A stretch of 64,000 bases of DNA from an uncultured bacterium. GTDB taxonomy: Bacteria > Chloroflexota > UBA5177 > JANWHV01. The position numbers and the translations under genes are program-made. Shown here one piece after another: positions 40,115 through 50,435 of this stretch. The stretch spans positions 192,001 through 256,000 of the forward strand of contig CAVSOU010000008.1 in assembly GCA_963729625.1 (NCBI GenBank), in the 5' to 3' direction. Position 1 is the stretch's first letter. Each line of letters opens with the position of its first letter. Below the pieces are notes generated by a model. That model saw only the letters and a list, made by a program, of their open reading frames with translations. It ran no database searches and was not told the DNA's origin.

Positions 40115-41377
40115 ATGCCGCTCCGGGCGGTCGAACGCGCGATTCACGATGCGATTGACGAGCATGAGATCGTCGACATGCTGTGCTCCCTTGTGCGCAT
40201 TCCCAGTGTCACCGGCGACGAGCGCGCCGCGCAGGAGTATCTCGCGCAGCGGATGCGCGCGGCTGGGCTCGACGTCGATCTCTGGCCGATAGATCTGCAG
40301 GCTATCCGCGCCGATGCCGCCTATCCCGGCGAGGAGACCGAGCGAGGGGACGCGTACGGGCTCACGGGCGCTTTTGGCGCCGGCAATGGGCCGCGACTGA
40401 TCCTCAACGGACACATTGACGTCGTGCCTGTCGGCGTGAGAGAGAACTGGCACGTCGATCCGTGGGGTGGCGATCTGCGCGACGGCTGCGTCTTCGGGCG
40501 AGGCGCCTGCGACATGAAGGGGGGATTGGCGGCCGGTTTCGCCGCAATCCGCGCCGTGCAGCGGGTGGGGGTGGAGCTGCGCGGCCGCGTGCAGCTGCAG
40601 AGCGTGGTGGGCGAGGAAGACGGCGGAATCGGCACGCTTGCCACGATCCGGCGCGGGCACACCGGCGACGCGGCGGTGATCGTCGAGCCGACTGAGCTGA
40701 GCATCATTCCGGCGCAAGCTGGAGCGCTTGGATTCGCGTTACATGTGCAGGGCCGCGCCGCGCACGCGTGCGAGCGATTGGCAGGGGTAAGTGCGATCGA
40801 GAAATTCTTGCCGCTGTTCCGCGCTCTCGAGCAACTCGAGCGGCACCGCAACACGGGGGTCGACCACCCGCTGCTCGGCCGGCAGGCCCTGCCGTATCCC
40901 CTCGGCATCGGCATATTGCGCGCGGGAAACTGGCTGTCCACGGTACCCGAAGAGCTCGAGGCCATCGGTCGTTATGGCGTGGCGATTGGCGAGGATCTCG
41001 CCTCGGCGCAACGCGACCTAGAGGAAGCGATCGCCGAGGCGGCCGGGGACGATCCGTGGCTTGCGGAGCACCCGCCGCGCGTAACCTGGGTGGGAGGACG
41101 GTTTGCGCCCGCCGAGACGCCGCTCCCTCACCCATTCGTTGACCTGTTGGCTGGGTGCGTCGCCGACGCTCACGGAACGAGGCCGGCCATTGAAGGCGCC
41201 ACGTATGGCTCCGACCTGCGCCATTTCGTCAACGAGTCGCATGTTCCGGCCGTGCTGTTTGGCCCAGGGGGGGCGCGCACCGCGCACATGCCCGATGAGT
41301 TCGTGTCCGTGGCGCAGGTAGCGGCCGTGGCACGAAGCCTCGCGCTGTTGATCATCCGCTATTGCGGTATCGAGTGA
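40115..41377 (+). CDS. M20 family ArgE/DapE-like deacylase
   Basis: LNGHIDVVP, GRGACDMKGG, VGEEDGG, EPT, AHMPDE. Confidence 0.93.
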   Translation: MPLRAVERAIHDAIDEHEIVDMLCSLVRIPSVTGDERAAQEYLAQRMRAAGLDVDLWPIDLQAIRADAAYPGEETERGDAYGLTGAFGAGNGPRLILNGHIDVVPVGVRENWHVDPWGGDLRDGCVFGRGACDMKGGLAAGFAAIRAVQRVGVELRGRVQLQSVVGEEDGGIGTLATIRRGHTGDAAVIVEPTELSIIPAQAGALGFALHVQGRAAHACERLAGVSAIEKFLPLFRALEQLERHRNTGVDHPLLGRQALPYPLGIGILRAGNWLSTVPEELEAIGRYGVAIGEDLASAQRDLEEAIAEAAGDDPWLAEHPPRVTWVGGRFAPAETPLPHPFVDLLAGCVADAHGTRPAIEGATYGSDLRHFVNESHVPAVLFGPGGARTAHMPDEFVSVAQVAAVARSLALLIIRYCGIE

Positions 41378-41728
41378 GGCGGAATCGCCCCTGGACTAGC
41401 TGCATAAACTTGCCCTCGCCTGCATGATCACTGATCCGTGTCTGCCTCGATGCTGTATCATCCCTCACAACATTCGTTGCGACGGTGGCGTTGCCGAGCA
41501 GGTCTGGTCAAAGGAGGTGCGATAGGTCGGGCAGTTATCTCGAGCACATGCGGCCTGGTACCGTGGCCTTATTCCCGAAAGTCACGCGCTGATACCTGAA
41601 GGCCGGTTCGGCAGACTCAGGGCAGACTCCGCCGAACCGAGGATTCGATGCCGAATCTAGGACTCCACGTTCTTTCTTGCTTCCAGCGCCTGTAATCCAG
41701 AGCCTTATTGACCTTCAAGGAGTCTCTT

Positions 41729-42556
41729 GTGAAGCGAATTCGTCTGATTATCGCCGGCATCGCCATTGTGAGCCTTCTGCCGTTCTATGGCTCCGCGCAC
41801 GGCGCCGCGCCGGTGGTTCCACCGCCTGGACTGATCTCGAGTGGCACGCTCACCTTTGGCACGAACTTCGGTTACCCTCCCATGGAGGAGTTGGTAGGCA
41901 AGAACAGCACCGATCAGTCCGGCGCCGACGTCGAGCTGGGCCGGGCTATTGCCGCGAAAATGGGCCTGAAAGCCGCTTTCATCAACATCACGGACTTTGG
42001 CACGATCATTATCGGCCTGCAGAGCCACCATTACGATGCGATCATCTCCTCGATGAACATCACAACCGCGCGTGAGAAGACGCTGAGTTTCGTGCCATAT
42101 TTCCTTGCCGGCCAGAGCATGGTGGTGAAGAAGGGAAATCCTTTCCACATCAAGAGTCTGGCGGACCTCTCTGGCCGGACCGTCTCCATCCAGTCGGGGA
42201 CGGTGGAGATTGACTCGGCCAACGCGGAGAATGTCGTGCTGAAGAAGCAGGGCAAGTCCCAGATGACGATAAAGACCTACGATCTGGACGCCGTGGCCCT
42301 GCAGCAGGTTGGCCTTGGTCGCGCGGCTGCCGAGCTGACGGATTACCCGGTCGGCGTGTACGACTCCACGCAGTATGCCAACAGGTACGAGATTGCCGGC
42401 CAGCAGTGGGGCGCCAGTCCGTACGGCATCGGCATTCGCAAGGCAGACAACGCGCTGTTCAAGGCGATGACCGTTGCTTTCAACCTCGTAAAGAGTGACG
42501 GGGAGTACGCGCGGATCTTCATCAAGTACCATCTTGGCCAGGGCCTGCTGAAGTAG
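41729..42556 (+). CDS. Polar amino acid ABC transporter substrate-binding protein
   Basis: YPPME, GADVELGRAIA, YDAIISSMNIT, YGIGIRK. Confidence 0.92.
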   Translation: MKRIRLIIAGIAIVSLLPFYGSAHGAAPVVPPPGLISSGTLTFGTNFGYPPMEELVGKNSTDQSGADVELGRAIAAKMGLKAAFINITDFGTIIIGLQSHHYDAIISSMNITTAREKTLSFVPYFLAGQSMVVKKGNPFHIKSLADLSGRTVSIQSGTVEIDSANAENVVLKKQGKSQMTIKTYDLDAVALQQVGLGRAAAELTDYPVGVYDSTQYANRYEIAGQQWGASPYGIGIRKADNALFKAMTVAFNLVKSDGEYARIFIKYHLGQGLLK

Positions 42557-42573
42557 AGCGGGTCGTGCCTGAT

Positions 42574-42611
42574 TCGGGGAAGGCTGTGCGCGGGCACGCG
42601 GCCTTCCCCGA
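42574..42611 (+). terminator. Intra-operon stem-loop after the binding-protein gene
   Basis: tcggggaaggctgtg...cgcggccttccccga inverted repeat; no U-tract, so it may stabilise mRNA rather than terminate. Confidence 0.55.
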
Positions 42612-42661
42612 GACGGTGGGAAAGGGGGCCAACGATTTTCAACCTACCCGTATCTCTGGAC

Positions 42662-43390
42662 TTGCAGTGGAGTTGGCCGGTCTTCCGAGAATACGTGTTT
42701 GACGGTACGCTCCTTGACGGCGCCAAGATCACGCTCGAGCTGACAGTTGTCGCACAGTTTCTGGGTATAGTGCTGGGCGTACTTGCCGCGCTAGGAAAAA
42801 CCTCGAAGCTGATCCCGTTCCGTGTCGTGGCCGAGCTCTACATCTGGCTGTTCAGGGGTACCCCTGTGCTCGTCCAGATACTCCTCTGGTGGCAGATACT
42901 ACCGGCGTCGACGCCCGAATTCGTCACCGCCTTCATCGCGCTCGGGCTGAACGAGGGCGCCTACATGGCAGAAATCGTGAGGGCCGGCCTGGAAGCGGTT
43001 GACAAAGGGCAGACAGAGGCCGCCCATTCGCTCGGCATGCGCTACACCCAAGTTATGGGGCGCATCGTGCTGCCGCAGGCCATGCGGGTGATCATCCCGC
43101 CGACGGGTAATGAGTTCATCAGCATGCTCAAGACGACGTCGCTTGTGTCCACTATCGCGCTGGCCGAGCTCCTCAGAAGTGCGCAGAACATCTACGAGTG
43201 CACGGCGTGCGATGGCGCCCTCTCGATCGTTCCACTGCTGGTAATCGCGGCTCTTTACTACCTGTTCCTGTCAACGGTGTTCACGTTTGTCCAGATGTAT
43301 ATCGAAAGCCGCCTCGGCGACCGGCGGGCGCAGGATCCCGGCTGGTTCCGCACGCTGATGGGTCGAGGTCGGTTGCTGTTTATCTCATAA
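42662..43390 (+). CDS. Amino acid ABC transporter permease
   Basis: FRGTPVLVQ, AYMAEIVRAG, GQTEAA..LGM, NEFISMLKTTSL. Confidence 0.95.
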   Translation: MQWSWPVFREYVFDGTLLDGAKITLELTVVAQFLGIVLGVLAALGKTSKLIPFRVVAELYIWLFRGTPVLVQILLWWQILPASTPEFVTAFIALGLNEGAYMAEIVRAGLEAVDKGQTEAAHSLGMRYTQVMGRIVLPQAMRVIIPPTGNEFISMLKTTSLVSTIALAELLRSAQNIYECTACDGALSIVPLLVIAALYYLFLSTVFTFVQMYIESRLGDRRAQDPGWFRTLMGRGRLLFIS

Positions 43391-43412
43391 GGTGAAGTAG
43401 GCGCCCAAGAGG

Positions 43413-44228
43413 ATGATGACAGTGGCCGATCGACAGACGGTGCCCGGGGGCGCCAACGGCTCCTGGCCGATGGTGTCCGCGCAGGACGTGCACAAGCATT
43501 TTGGGCGAAATCACGTGCTGCGAGGCGTAAACCTCACGGTACCGAAGGGCCAGGTGCACGTGATCATTGGTCCCAGCGGTTCCGGGAAGAGCACCATACT
43601 CCGCTGCCTCAACCACCTGGAGAAGATCCAGCAGGGTGAGATCCGCATCGACGGCGAGCTGATGGGTTACCGCGAGGTGAACGGGAGACTCAAGGAGGAT
43701 ACGTCGAAGAACATCGCCCGCATGCGCTCGGAAGTGGGCATGGTGTTCCAGCGGTTCAATCTTTTTCCACACATGACCGCGCTGGGGAACATCATCGAAG
43801 CGCCCATCCGGGTGCGCGGGATGTCCAAGAACGAGGCGACAGAGCGCGCGAACGTGCTGTTGGAGCGCGTGGGCATGATGGAGAAGTCCAACCACTTCCC
43901 CTCCCAGCTCTCAGGCGGCCAGCAGCAGCGCGTGGCTATCGCCCGCGCCCTGGCGATGGAGCCCAAGGTCATGCTGTTTGACGAAGCGACGAGCGCGCTC
44001 GACCCCGAGTTGGTGGGCGACGTGCTGAACGTGATGAAGCAGCTGGCGATGGAAGGGATGACCATGGTGGTCGTCACGCACGAGATGGGCTTCGCCCGCG
44101 ACGTCGGCGACCACGTGGTGTTCATGGACAACGGCGTGATCATCGAGGAGGGTGTGCCGAGCGTTATCTTCGAGAATCCGCAGCACGAGCGCACGCGCGC
44201 GTTCCTGAAGTCGGTGTTGCGGGGATAG
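43413..44228 (+). CDS. Amino acid ABC transporter ATP-binding protein (GlnQ-like)
   Basis: [34 protein letters not shown]. Confidence 0.96.
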   Translation: MMTVADRQTVPGGANGSWPMVSAQDVHKHFGRNHVLRGVNLTVPKGQVHVIIGPSGSGKSTILRCLNHLEKIQQGEIRIDGELMGYREVNGRLKEDTSKNIARMRSEVGMVFQRFNLFPHMTALGNIIEAPIRVRGMSKNEATERANVLLERVGMMEKSNHFPSQLSGGQQQRVAIARALAMEPKVMLFDEATSALDPELVGDVLNVMKQLAMEGMTMVVVTHEMGFARDVGDHVVFMDNGVIIEEGVPSVIFENPQHERTRAFLKSVLRG

Positions 44229-44683
44229 CTGGCTGAATGCGAGCTGACCCTCGCCGGCACATTGGTCCAGAACAAACATCTTGAAGGCCTCGGTAGCGGG
44301 CGAGAGCAGTGACAATCCGGCTCAGCCGGACAGCTTGATCGCGGCGGAATATCCGCATAGAGACTCACGATGCCGAATCGGTCAGCCACTGTTCACGGGA
44401 GGCAGCCGAGACTGCAGGGCTGCGGGTAGCCGGCTGCCGGATAGATCGCCGGGCCGAACGGCCAGAACCGACTCGTTCCGCGACTCTGTCTGTTACTGGG
44501 CACTTCATGATCAACGCCCCCGGTGTCAAACCCCTCGCGCCGAACGGATAGCGGCGGCAGTCGGCGCCGCGGTCGCGCACGCCGAACGATCGTGGCGGCA
44601 TGGCCCAGCGGCACACGGGAGTACAATGACTGATGAGGCGATTGCCAGGCGCAATCGCTCGCCCGAGTGAAAGGAGCGGCAGC

Positions 44684-44992
44684 GTGTACATTGTCCACGT
44701 GCACGTGCGCGTCAAACCGATGTCCGTGCAGGCCTTTCGCACGGCAACTCGAGAGAACGCGCGCCAGAGCGTGCAGGAACCCGGCATCGCGCGCTTTGAC
44801 GTGCTCGAACAGGCCGACGACGAGACCCGCTTCGTACTGGTCGAGGTGTATCGGACGGCGGATGACGCGGCCAAGCACAAGGAGACGGCGCACTATCAGA
44901 CCTGGCGCGACACGGTTGCCGGCATGATGGCCGAGCCGCGCACGAGTGTCAAGTACGGCAACGTCTATCCTGACGATGCGGATTGGGGATAA
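44684..44992 (+). CDS. Antibiotic biosynthesis monooxygenase / LsrG-like protein
   Basis: [35 protein letters not shown]. Confidence 0.88.
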   Translation: MYIVHVHVRVKPMSVQAFRTATRENARQSVQEPGIARFDVLEQADDETRFVLVEVYRTADDAAKHKETAHYQTWRDTVAGMMAEPRTSVKYGNVYPDDADWG

Positions 44993-45037
44993 GGACCAGC
45001 GGCATGTACCGGTCCTCGCGAAGCAAGGAGGGAATGC

Positions 45038-46186
45038 GTGCGCTTCGAGTTTGCCACAGCTACGCGCATCGTCTTTGGCGCCGGCACTCTGGAGCAGGCC
45101 GGGCCGCTCGCCGCGACAATGGGAGGCCGCGCGCTGGTAGTCCTGGGACAGTCCGCGGAGCGCGCCGCGCCGCTGCTCGCGCTGCTGGCCAGACACGAAG
45201 TTGACGTTATCACCCTTCCGGTCGCCGGAGAGCCCACGACGCACCTGGTGCTTCGCGGCGCCGCCCTGGCGAGGGAGGAGCGTTGCGATCTCGTGGTCGG
45301 CTTCGGCGGTGGCAGCGTGCTTGACACGGGCAAAGCAATCGCCGCCATGCTCGCGAACCCCGGCGATCTGAACGATTACCTGGAGGTGATTGGCTGGGCA
45401 AAGCCGCTCGTGCGGCCGTCCGTGCCATATATCGCCATCCCAACCACGGCCGGCACGGGCACCGAGGTCACGCGCAACGCGGTACTGGCATCGACCGAGC
45501 ATCGCGTGAAAGTGAGCCTGCGCAGCCCGCTGATGTTGCCGCGCCTGGCCATTGTCGACCCCGCGCTCACCTACAGCCTGCCGCCCCAGGTCACTGCCGC
45601 TACCGGTTTGGACGCGTTCACGCAGCTGATCGAGCCGTTCGTAAGCAGCAAATCCAACCCGATGACCGATCCCCTGTGCCGGGACGGAATTGGCCGTGTG
45701 GCTCGCTCCCTCCGGCAGGCCTTTGCCCACGGCGACGACGTGTCCGCGCGCGAGGATATGGCGCTGGCAAGCCTGTTCGGCGGACTGGCGCTGGCCAATG
45801 CCGGATTGGGCGCGGTGCACGGCTTCGCCGGACCGCTGGGAGGAATGTTCCCAGCCCCTCACGGCGCGATATGCGCGCGCCTCCTGCCGCACGTCATGGC
45901 CACCAACGTGCAGGTGATGCAACAATCCGCGCACGAGGCAGTGCACCGCTACGACGAGATCGGGCGCATCCTGACCGGGAATCCGCATGCCGGGGCGCTG
46001 GATGCGGTGGCCTGGGTACGCGAGCTTGTCGAGGACCTGGCGATCCCTCCGCTGGCAGCATACGGCGTAACATCTCGCGATATTCCTGAGCTGGTCGAAA
46101 AAGCCGCAGTCGCCAGCAGCATGAAGGCGAATCCGGTCACGCTCACGCCCGCGCAGATGCGCGAGATTCTGGCGCAGGCCCTATAA
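45038..46186 (+). CDS. Iron-containing alcohol dehydrogenase
   Basis: GGGSVLDTGK, PTTAGTGTEVT, GLDAFTQLIE, GLGAVHG, HG. Confidence 0.94.
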   Translation: MRFEFATATRIVFGAGTLEQAGPLAATMGGRALVVLGQSAERAAPLLALLARHEVDVITLPVAGEPTTHLVLRGAALAREERCDLVVGFGGGSVLDTGKAIAAMLANPGDLNDYLEVIGWAKPLVRPSVPYIAIPTTAGTGTEVTRNAVLASTEHRVKVSLRSPLMLPRLAIVDPALTYSLPPQVTAATGLDAFTQLIEPFVSSKSNPMTDPLCRDGIGRVARSLRQAFAHGDDVSAREDMALASLFGGLALANAGLGAVHGFAGPLGGMFPAPHGAICARLLPHVMATNVQVMQQSAHEAVHRYDEIGRILTGNPHAGALDAVAWVRELVEDLAIPPLAAYGVTSRDIPELVEKAAVASSMKANPVTLTPAQMREILAQAL

Positions 46187-46353
46187 TCACCTGTACGCGC
46201 GCTGCCCTGGAGTATCAGCCTTGACGTGGCAACATACGCCCGGACCGGTGTACCGTGACCCTAACGCCCCCTCACGCGTTCAGACTGCAGGTTGCCGCTG
46301 CCTGGCAGCTCGCACTCGATCGGCCTAATGTGATCATGCTGAGGAGTCTGAAC

Positions 46354-47658
46354 ATGCCGCATAACCACTCGGACCTTGCACGGCGCCACTCGCGCAAGAC
46401 CGTTCTCCGTACCAGCCTGATGGTCGCCGGAGGCATCGGCGCCGGCCTCGCGATCGGCGCACGGTTCGGAGACGCCGTGCCACCGGTCGAAGCAGCTTCC
46501 GCCGCGTCACGGTCGTACACGCTCGCGACGGGAACGTCTTCCCTGGATCTGCTTGTGGCAGCCAACCTCGACTTCGCATTTCGCCTTCAGAACACGCTGC
46601 TAAAGAACGCCGGTGGCCAGAACCTGTTCTTCTCCCCACTGAGCGTCGCAACCGCGCTGGCAATGGTCTTCAATGGCGCCGCGGGATCGACGCAGAAGGC
46701 GATGGCGGCGACACTTGCCTACAAGTCGCTCAGCCAGGCGCAAATCAATACGGCGACATTTGGCCTGCTAACCGGCCTGCGGCAGCGCGATTCGGCCATC
46801 AAGCTGAGTATTGCCGACTCGCTCTGGGTACGACTGGGAGTGTCCGTGGCGCCCGCGTTCACCGCCACATTGCGCAACTCCTATAACGCCAGCCTTCAGG
46901 CGTTGGACTTCAAGAATCCGCATGCGCCCGACACGATCAACGCCTGGGTCAAAGAGCAGACACACGGCCTGATCCCGTCGATCGTGAAGTCGATTGACGC
47001 GGATACCGTGATGTTCCTGATCAATGCCCTTTACTTCAAGGGCGCGTGGAGCGCGCAATTCCGCGCGCCGGCCACCCAGCCCGGGCCATTCACCACGGGC
47101 TCAGGCAAGCGCAAGACGTTGATGATGATGGAACAGACCGGAACATTCGCCTATGCCAAATCCGCCGCGGCAGAGGCCATTCGCCTGCCCTATGGTGCAG
47201 GGAGAATCTCCATGTACGTGGTGTTGCCCGCTTCGAACACGAGCCTGCCGGCCTTCCTCAGCCGGCTCAATCCCAGCACGTGGAATGCTCTCCTCGCCGG
47301 TCTCGCGCCCCAGCACGGCAGCATCCAGATGCCCAAGTTCTCGGTGGCATACGGTAGCAGCTTGAAGCCGGCGCTGTCCGCGATGGGCATGGCACAGGCC
47401 TTCGATCCCAATACCGCTTCCTTCACCGGCATCCTCGAGAAGCAGCGCGCTTTCATCACCGACGTACAGCATAAGGCGGTCATGGATGTCGACGAGAATG
47501 GGACTCAGGCAGCGGCGGTTACCTCTATCGGCGTGGGGGCCACGGCTGTGATGGTCGATTCCTTCCACATGGCCGTCAACAGGCCGTTTTTCTGCGCGAT
47601 TCGTGACGACGCAACGGGTACCCTGCTGTTCGCAGGCGCGATCGTGGATCCGAGCTAG
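46354..47658 (+). CDS. Serpin with Tat-like signal
   Basis: NLFFSPLS, INAWVKEQTHGLI, NALYFKGAW, hinge and RCL DENGTQAAAVTSIGVGATA, NRPFF, LLFAGAIVDP; leader SRKTVL. Confidence 0.95.
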   Translation: MPHNHSDLARRHSRKTVLRTSLMVAGGIGAGLAIGARFGDAVPPVEAASAASRSYTLATGTSSLDLLVAANLDFAFRLQNTLLKNAGGQNLFFSPLSVATALAMVFNGAAGSTQKAMAATLAYKSLSQAQINTATFGLLTGLRQRDSAIKLSIADSLWVRLGVSVAPAFTATLRNSYNASLQALDFKNPHAPDTINAWVKEQTHGLIPSIVKSIDADTVMFLINALYFKGAWSAQFRAPATQPGPFTTGSGKRKTLMMMEQTGTFAYAKSAAAEAIRLPYGAGRISMYVVLPASNTSLPAFLSRLNPSTWNALLAGLAPQHGSIQMPKFSVAYGSSLKPALSAMGMAQAFDPNTASFTGILEKQRAFITDVQHKAVMDVDENGTQAAAVTSIGVGATAVMVDSFHMAVNRPFFCAIRDDATGTLLFAGAIVDPS

Positions 47659-47664
47659 CGGCCT

Positions 47665-48234
47665 CTAGAGGTCGGTGTCTTCATAGATCGCGGCGATAGG
47701 GATAACGGCGTTGATGGTATCAACGTGAATGTCGTCTGCGCCGCTATACGTCGTCGACGTCCATCCGCCGGTATCATCTCTACGACGTACCTCAACCCAA
47801 CGCGTGGTGACGCTGTCTATAAGCACGTACTCTCGCAGCGTTGCTATCTGCCGATAGAGTTCGAACTTGTCGCTCCGGTCATACAGCGCCGTGGAAGGCG
47901 AGAGCACTTCGACGACAAGTGTCGGATAGGCAATCACGCGGCGGCGCATGTCCGCCAGATCGCGAGGATCGCACGTTACCGACACGTCGGGGTACACGTC
48001 GTCCTTGAGCGTTGCGCGCACCCGTACCGCCTCGGTGAAAGCTTTGCAGGCGCTTCCCCGTACCGCGGCACGCACCAGCGCATACACGTTGCCACCGATC
48101 TGGCTATGATTCAGCGAGCCGCCAGACATGGCGAACACATAGCCACCGTGGTATTCGTGCCGTTCGTGCGCGCGCTCCTCGAATTCCTGGTATTCGTCGT
48201 ATGAAAACAACGGTCCCTGCTGTTGCGCGACCAC
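47665..48234 (-). CDS. Uma2 family endonuclease
   Basis: HEYHGGYVFAMSGGSLNH, YPDVSVTCD, VEVLSPST..DRSDKFELYR. Confidence 0.93.
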   Translation of the reverse strand: MVAQQQGPLFSYDEYQEFEERAHERHEYHGGYVFAMSGGSLNHSQIGGNVYALVRAAVRGSACKAFTEAVRVRATLKDDVYPDVSVTCDPRDLADMRRRVIAYPTLVVEVLSPSTALYDRSDKFELYRQIATLREYVLIDSVTTRWVEVRRRDDTGGWTSTTYSGADDIHVDTINAVIPIAAIYEDTDL

Positions 48235-48293
48235 GCGAGGATCCCTCCCACCATATTCTAGCGCGGCTCGGGCATTGCCCCGCACGCAAGCCG

Positions 48294-48959
48294 CTACCGC
48301 CGCGCCTGGAAGACGGTTCGATCCGGCAGCCGGACAGCGCTCAGCACGCCTGTCTCGTAGGCGTGCGTGTCGAGTCCGATCTTATTCGGCTGAATCAACG
48401 GCTCATGCAGCTGCCAGTGACCGAAGACGACCGGCTTGCCCCAGTCATAATCGCTCTCGAGGAACCCGCCCGCGCCCCAGAGCTTTTGCAGCGCAGGCGT
48501 GCGCCCGAACGGCTGCCCCGGCACGACGCCCGCATGCACGTAGAACGCGTGATAATCCTCGAAATCGATCCGCGTTTGCTCGAGCCACCGCCCGAGCTCT
48601 GAGGGCGGCTGGCCACCGAAGTCCCTCCAGGCCTTTCGGGCTCCGCCGATAGCAGGCTGGCGCGAAAACGAGGTGCCGGTCCATTCCGCGAGCCAGGCGT
48701 CCTCGTGATTTCCGCGCAGAAAGACGCAGCGATAGGCCTCGGCCAGGGTGCGCAGCTCGCCGATTGTGGCGGCCGAGTTTTCACCTCGATCGAGATAGTC
48801 GCCAAGGAAGACCAGCGTATCGCCGGCCTCAAGGGGAAGAGCGTCCACCAGGAGGCGCAACAACGTCACCTCGCCGTGGAGGTCGCCAACCGCGAACGTG
48901 CTGTGATGAACCTGTCGGATCGCCGCCGTCATTCCGGCGACTTCCGGCTTGTTCGACAT
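48294..48959 (-). CDS. Metallophosphoesterase (PPP/PphA-like)
   Basis: GDLHG, GDYLDRG, RGNHE, VHAG, VFGH, GLDT. Confidence 0.93.
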   Translation of the reverse strand: MSNKPEVAGMTAAIRQVHHSTFAVGDLHGEVTLLRLLVDALPLEAGDTLVFLGDYLDRGENSAATIGELRTLAEAYRCVFLRGNHEDAWLAEWTGTSFSRQPAIGGARKAWRDFGGQPPSELGRWLEQTRIDFEDYHAFYVHAGVVPGQPFGRTPALQKLWGAGGFLESDYDWGKPVVFGHWQLHEPLIQPNKIGLDTHAYETGVLSAVRLPDRTVFQARR

Positions 48960-49198
48960 GTTCTGACAGATAGAGCACGCAGGGCGTGTTTACGGTGAAG
49001 AGGCACCCTATGAGTGTACCGCTCCTGACGGCTTCGCTGCGTGGGGCTTCCTTTCCACTCTGCCTTTCCATCCGCTGTGTGGCGACAGCTCATGACCATT
49101 GCGGCCACCCTTTTACCATAGGCATGACACCACAGGTGCCACGTACTTGCCAGCCTCAGGGCCCAGGCGGCCAGATCGTGCCCACCGAGTGGGGACGC

Positions 49199-49271
49199 TT
49201 GACACCAGTGTGATCCCGGTTCATAATAGGTGCCAATCGATTGCTACCAATCGACTGGCACCAAACGATTT
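49199..49271 (+). promoter_or_regulatory. Sigma-70 promoter with tandem LacI-type operators
   Basis: TTGACA(49199)-N17-CATAAT(49222), then CAATCGATTG (49234), CCAATCGACTGG (49247) and CAAACGATTTG (49262). Confidence 0.8.
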
Positions 49272-49300
49272 GTATGGCCCAAAGGGAACGGAACGCGTCG

Positions 49301-50404
49301 ATGTCGCGGGTGACGCTCAAGGAGCTGGCGCAAGCAGCCGGTGTATCGACGACCACGGTGTCCCATGCACTTAACGGTACGCGGCATGTGAGCGCACGCA
49401 CCAAGGCGGCAATCAAGGACCTCGCGGAGCGCATGGATTACCGTCCGGATCCGGTGGCCCGCATGTTGCGCGGCCATGATTCCCTGCTGATCGGCCACGT
49501 CGTGTCCAACCTGATTAGCAATCCCTTTTTCGCGCTCGTGGCGCGGGGCGCCGATCTTCGCGCCCAGGAGTCCGGGTTTGCCACGGTCCTGGCCTGCACG
49601 GAGGACTCCGCGGAAGCCGAGGCTCGCGCGGTCGATCTGCTGCTGGAGAAGCGCGTCAACGGGATCATCTTCACCACGCCACTCGCCGAGGCGAACGTCG
49701 CACGCGTCGTGGCCGCCGGTGTGGCGGCGGTGATGATCGAACGCCCGCTTGCCGTGCCTGGTGGACATTCCGTGGTCGTCGACCATCTTCGCGGCGTCTA
49801 CGATCTGACGCGCATCCTGATCAACGAAGGCCACAAGCACATTGCGTTTATCGGCGGCAACTTCCAAATTGCAGGAAGCGAGCACGTCGAACGGCAGCGC
49901 CTCCGCGGTTTCCGCGCAGCCATGCGCGATGCCGGGTTGGCCGTGCCCACCTCCCAGGTCGTGCTCGTGCCCTATGGTATCGAAGGCGGCGGCACGGGCG
50001 TGCAGGCTGTCCTCAGCACGGCGCGGCCGCCGACCGCGCTGGTGATCGGTAGCGACCTCCTCGTCGCCGGAGTCTTGCAGAGCCTGCACCACCGTGCCGT
50101 GCGGGTCCCCGACGATCTGTCCGTCGTCAGCTACGACGACACGCTCGGAGCGTTCATGACGCCGCCGCTCACTGAAGTCGAGCCGCTGACGGAGGACATG
50201 GGCCGCACGGCTGTGGACCTTATTGTGCGGCAGTGTCAGGAGCGGGAGACATCTTCCGCGGTGCGTAAGGGTCAGCGCATCGTCTTGCAGCCGCGCCTTC
50301 ATCGGCGCGCATCGACCCGCAGTCCAGCAAACTGCGGAGGAAAGGAGGGAGAAGGCTCGCGAGACTACGGACTGTACGCGCCGGCTAGATGCACGGCGTT
50401 CTGA
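49301..50404 (+). CDS. LacI family regulator
   Basis: TLKELAQAAGVSTTTVSHALNG; VPDDLSVVSYDD; PPLT. Confidence 0.95.
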   Translation: MSRVTLKELAQAAGVSTTTVSHALNGTRHVSARTKAAIKDLAERMDYRPDPVARMLRGHDSLLIGHVVSNLISNPFFALVARGADLRAQESGFATVLACTEDSAEAEARAVDLLLEKRVNGIIFTTPLAEANVARVVAAGVAAVMIERPLAVPGGHSVVVDHLRGVYDLTRILINEGHKHIAFIGGNFQIAGSEHVERQRLRGFRAAMRDAGLAVPTSQVVLVPYGIEGGGTGVQAVLSTARPPTALVIGSDLLVAGVLQSLHHRAVRVPDDLSVVSYDDTLGAFMTPPLTEVEPLTEDMGRTAVDLIVRQCQERETSSAVRKGQRIVLQPRLHRRASTRSPANCGGKEGEGSRDYGLYAPARCTAF

Positions 50405-50435
50405 TCGTCTAGCAGAACATGGAGTTACGCGAACG

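Noticed and set aside
41500-41640. Lysine riboswitch or T-box upstream of the ABC operon
   Set aside because: Only GAGGTGCG and GCCGAA fragments match. The other conserved elements and the T-box motif were not found, so it is kept only as an unassigned leader.
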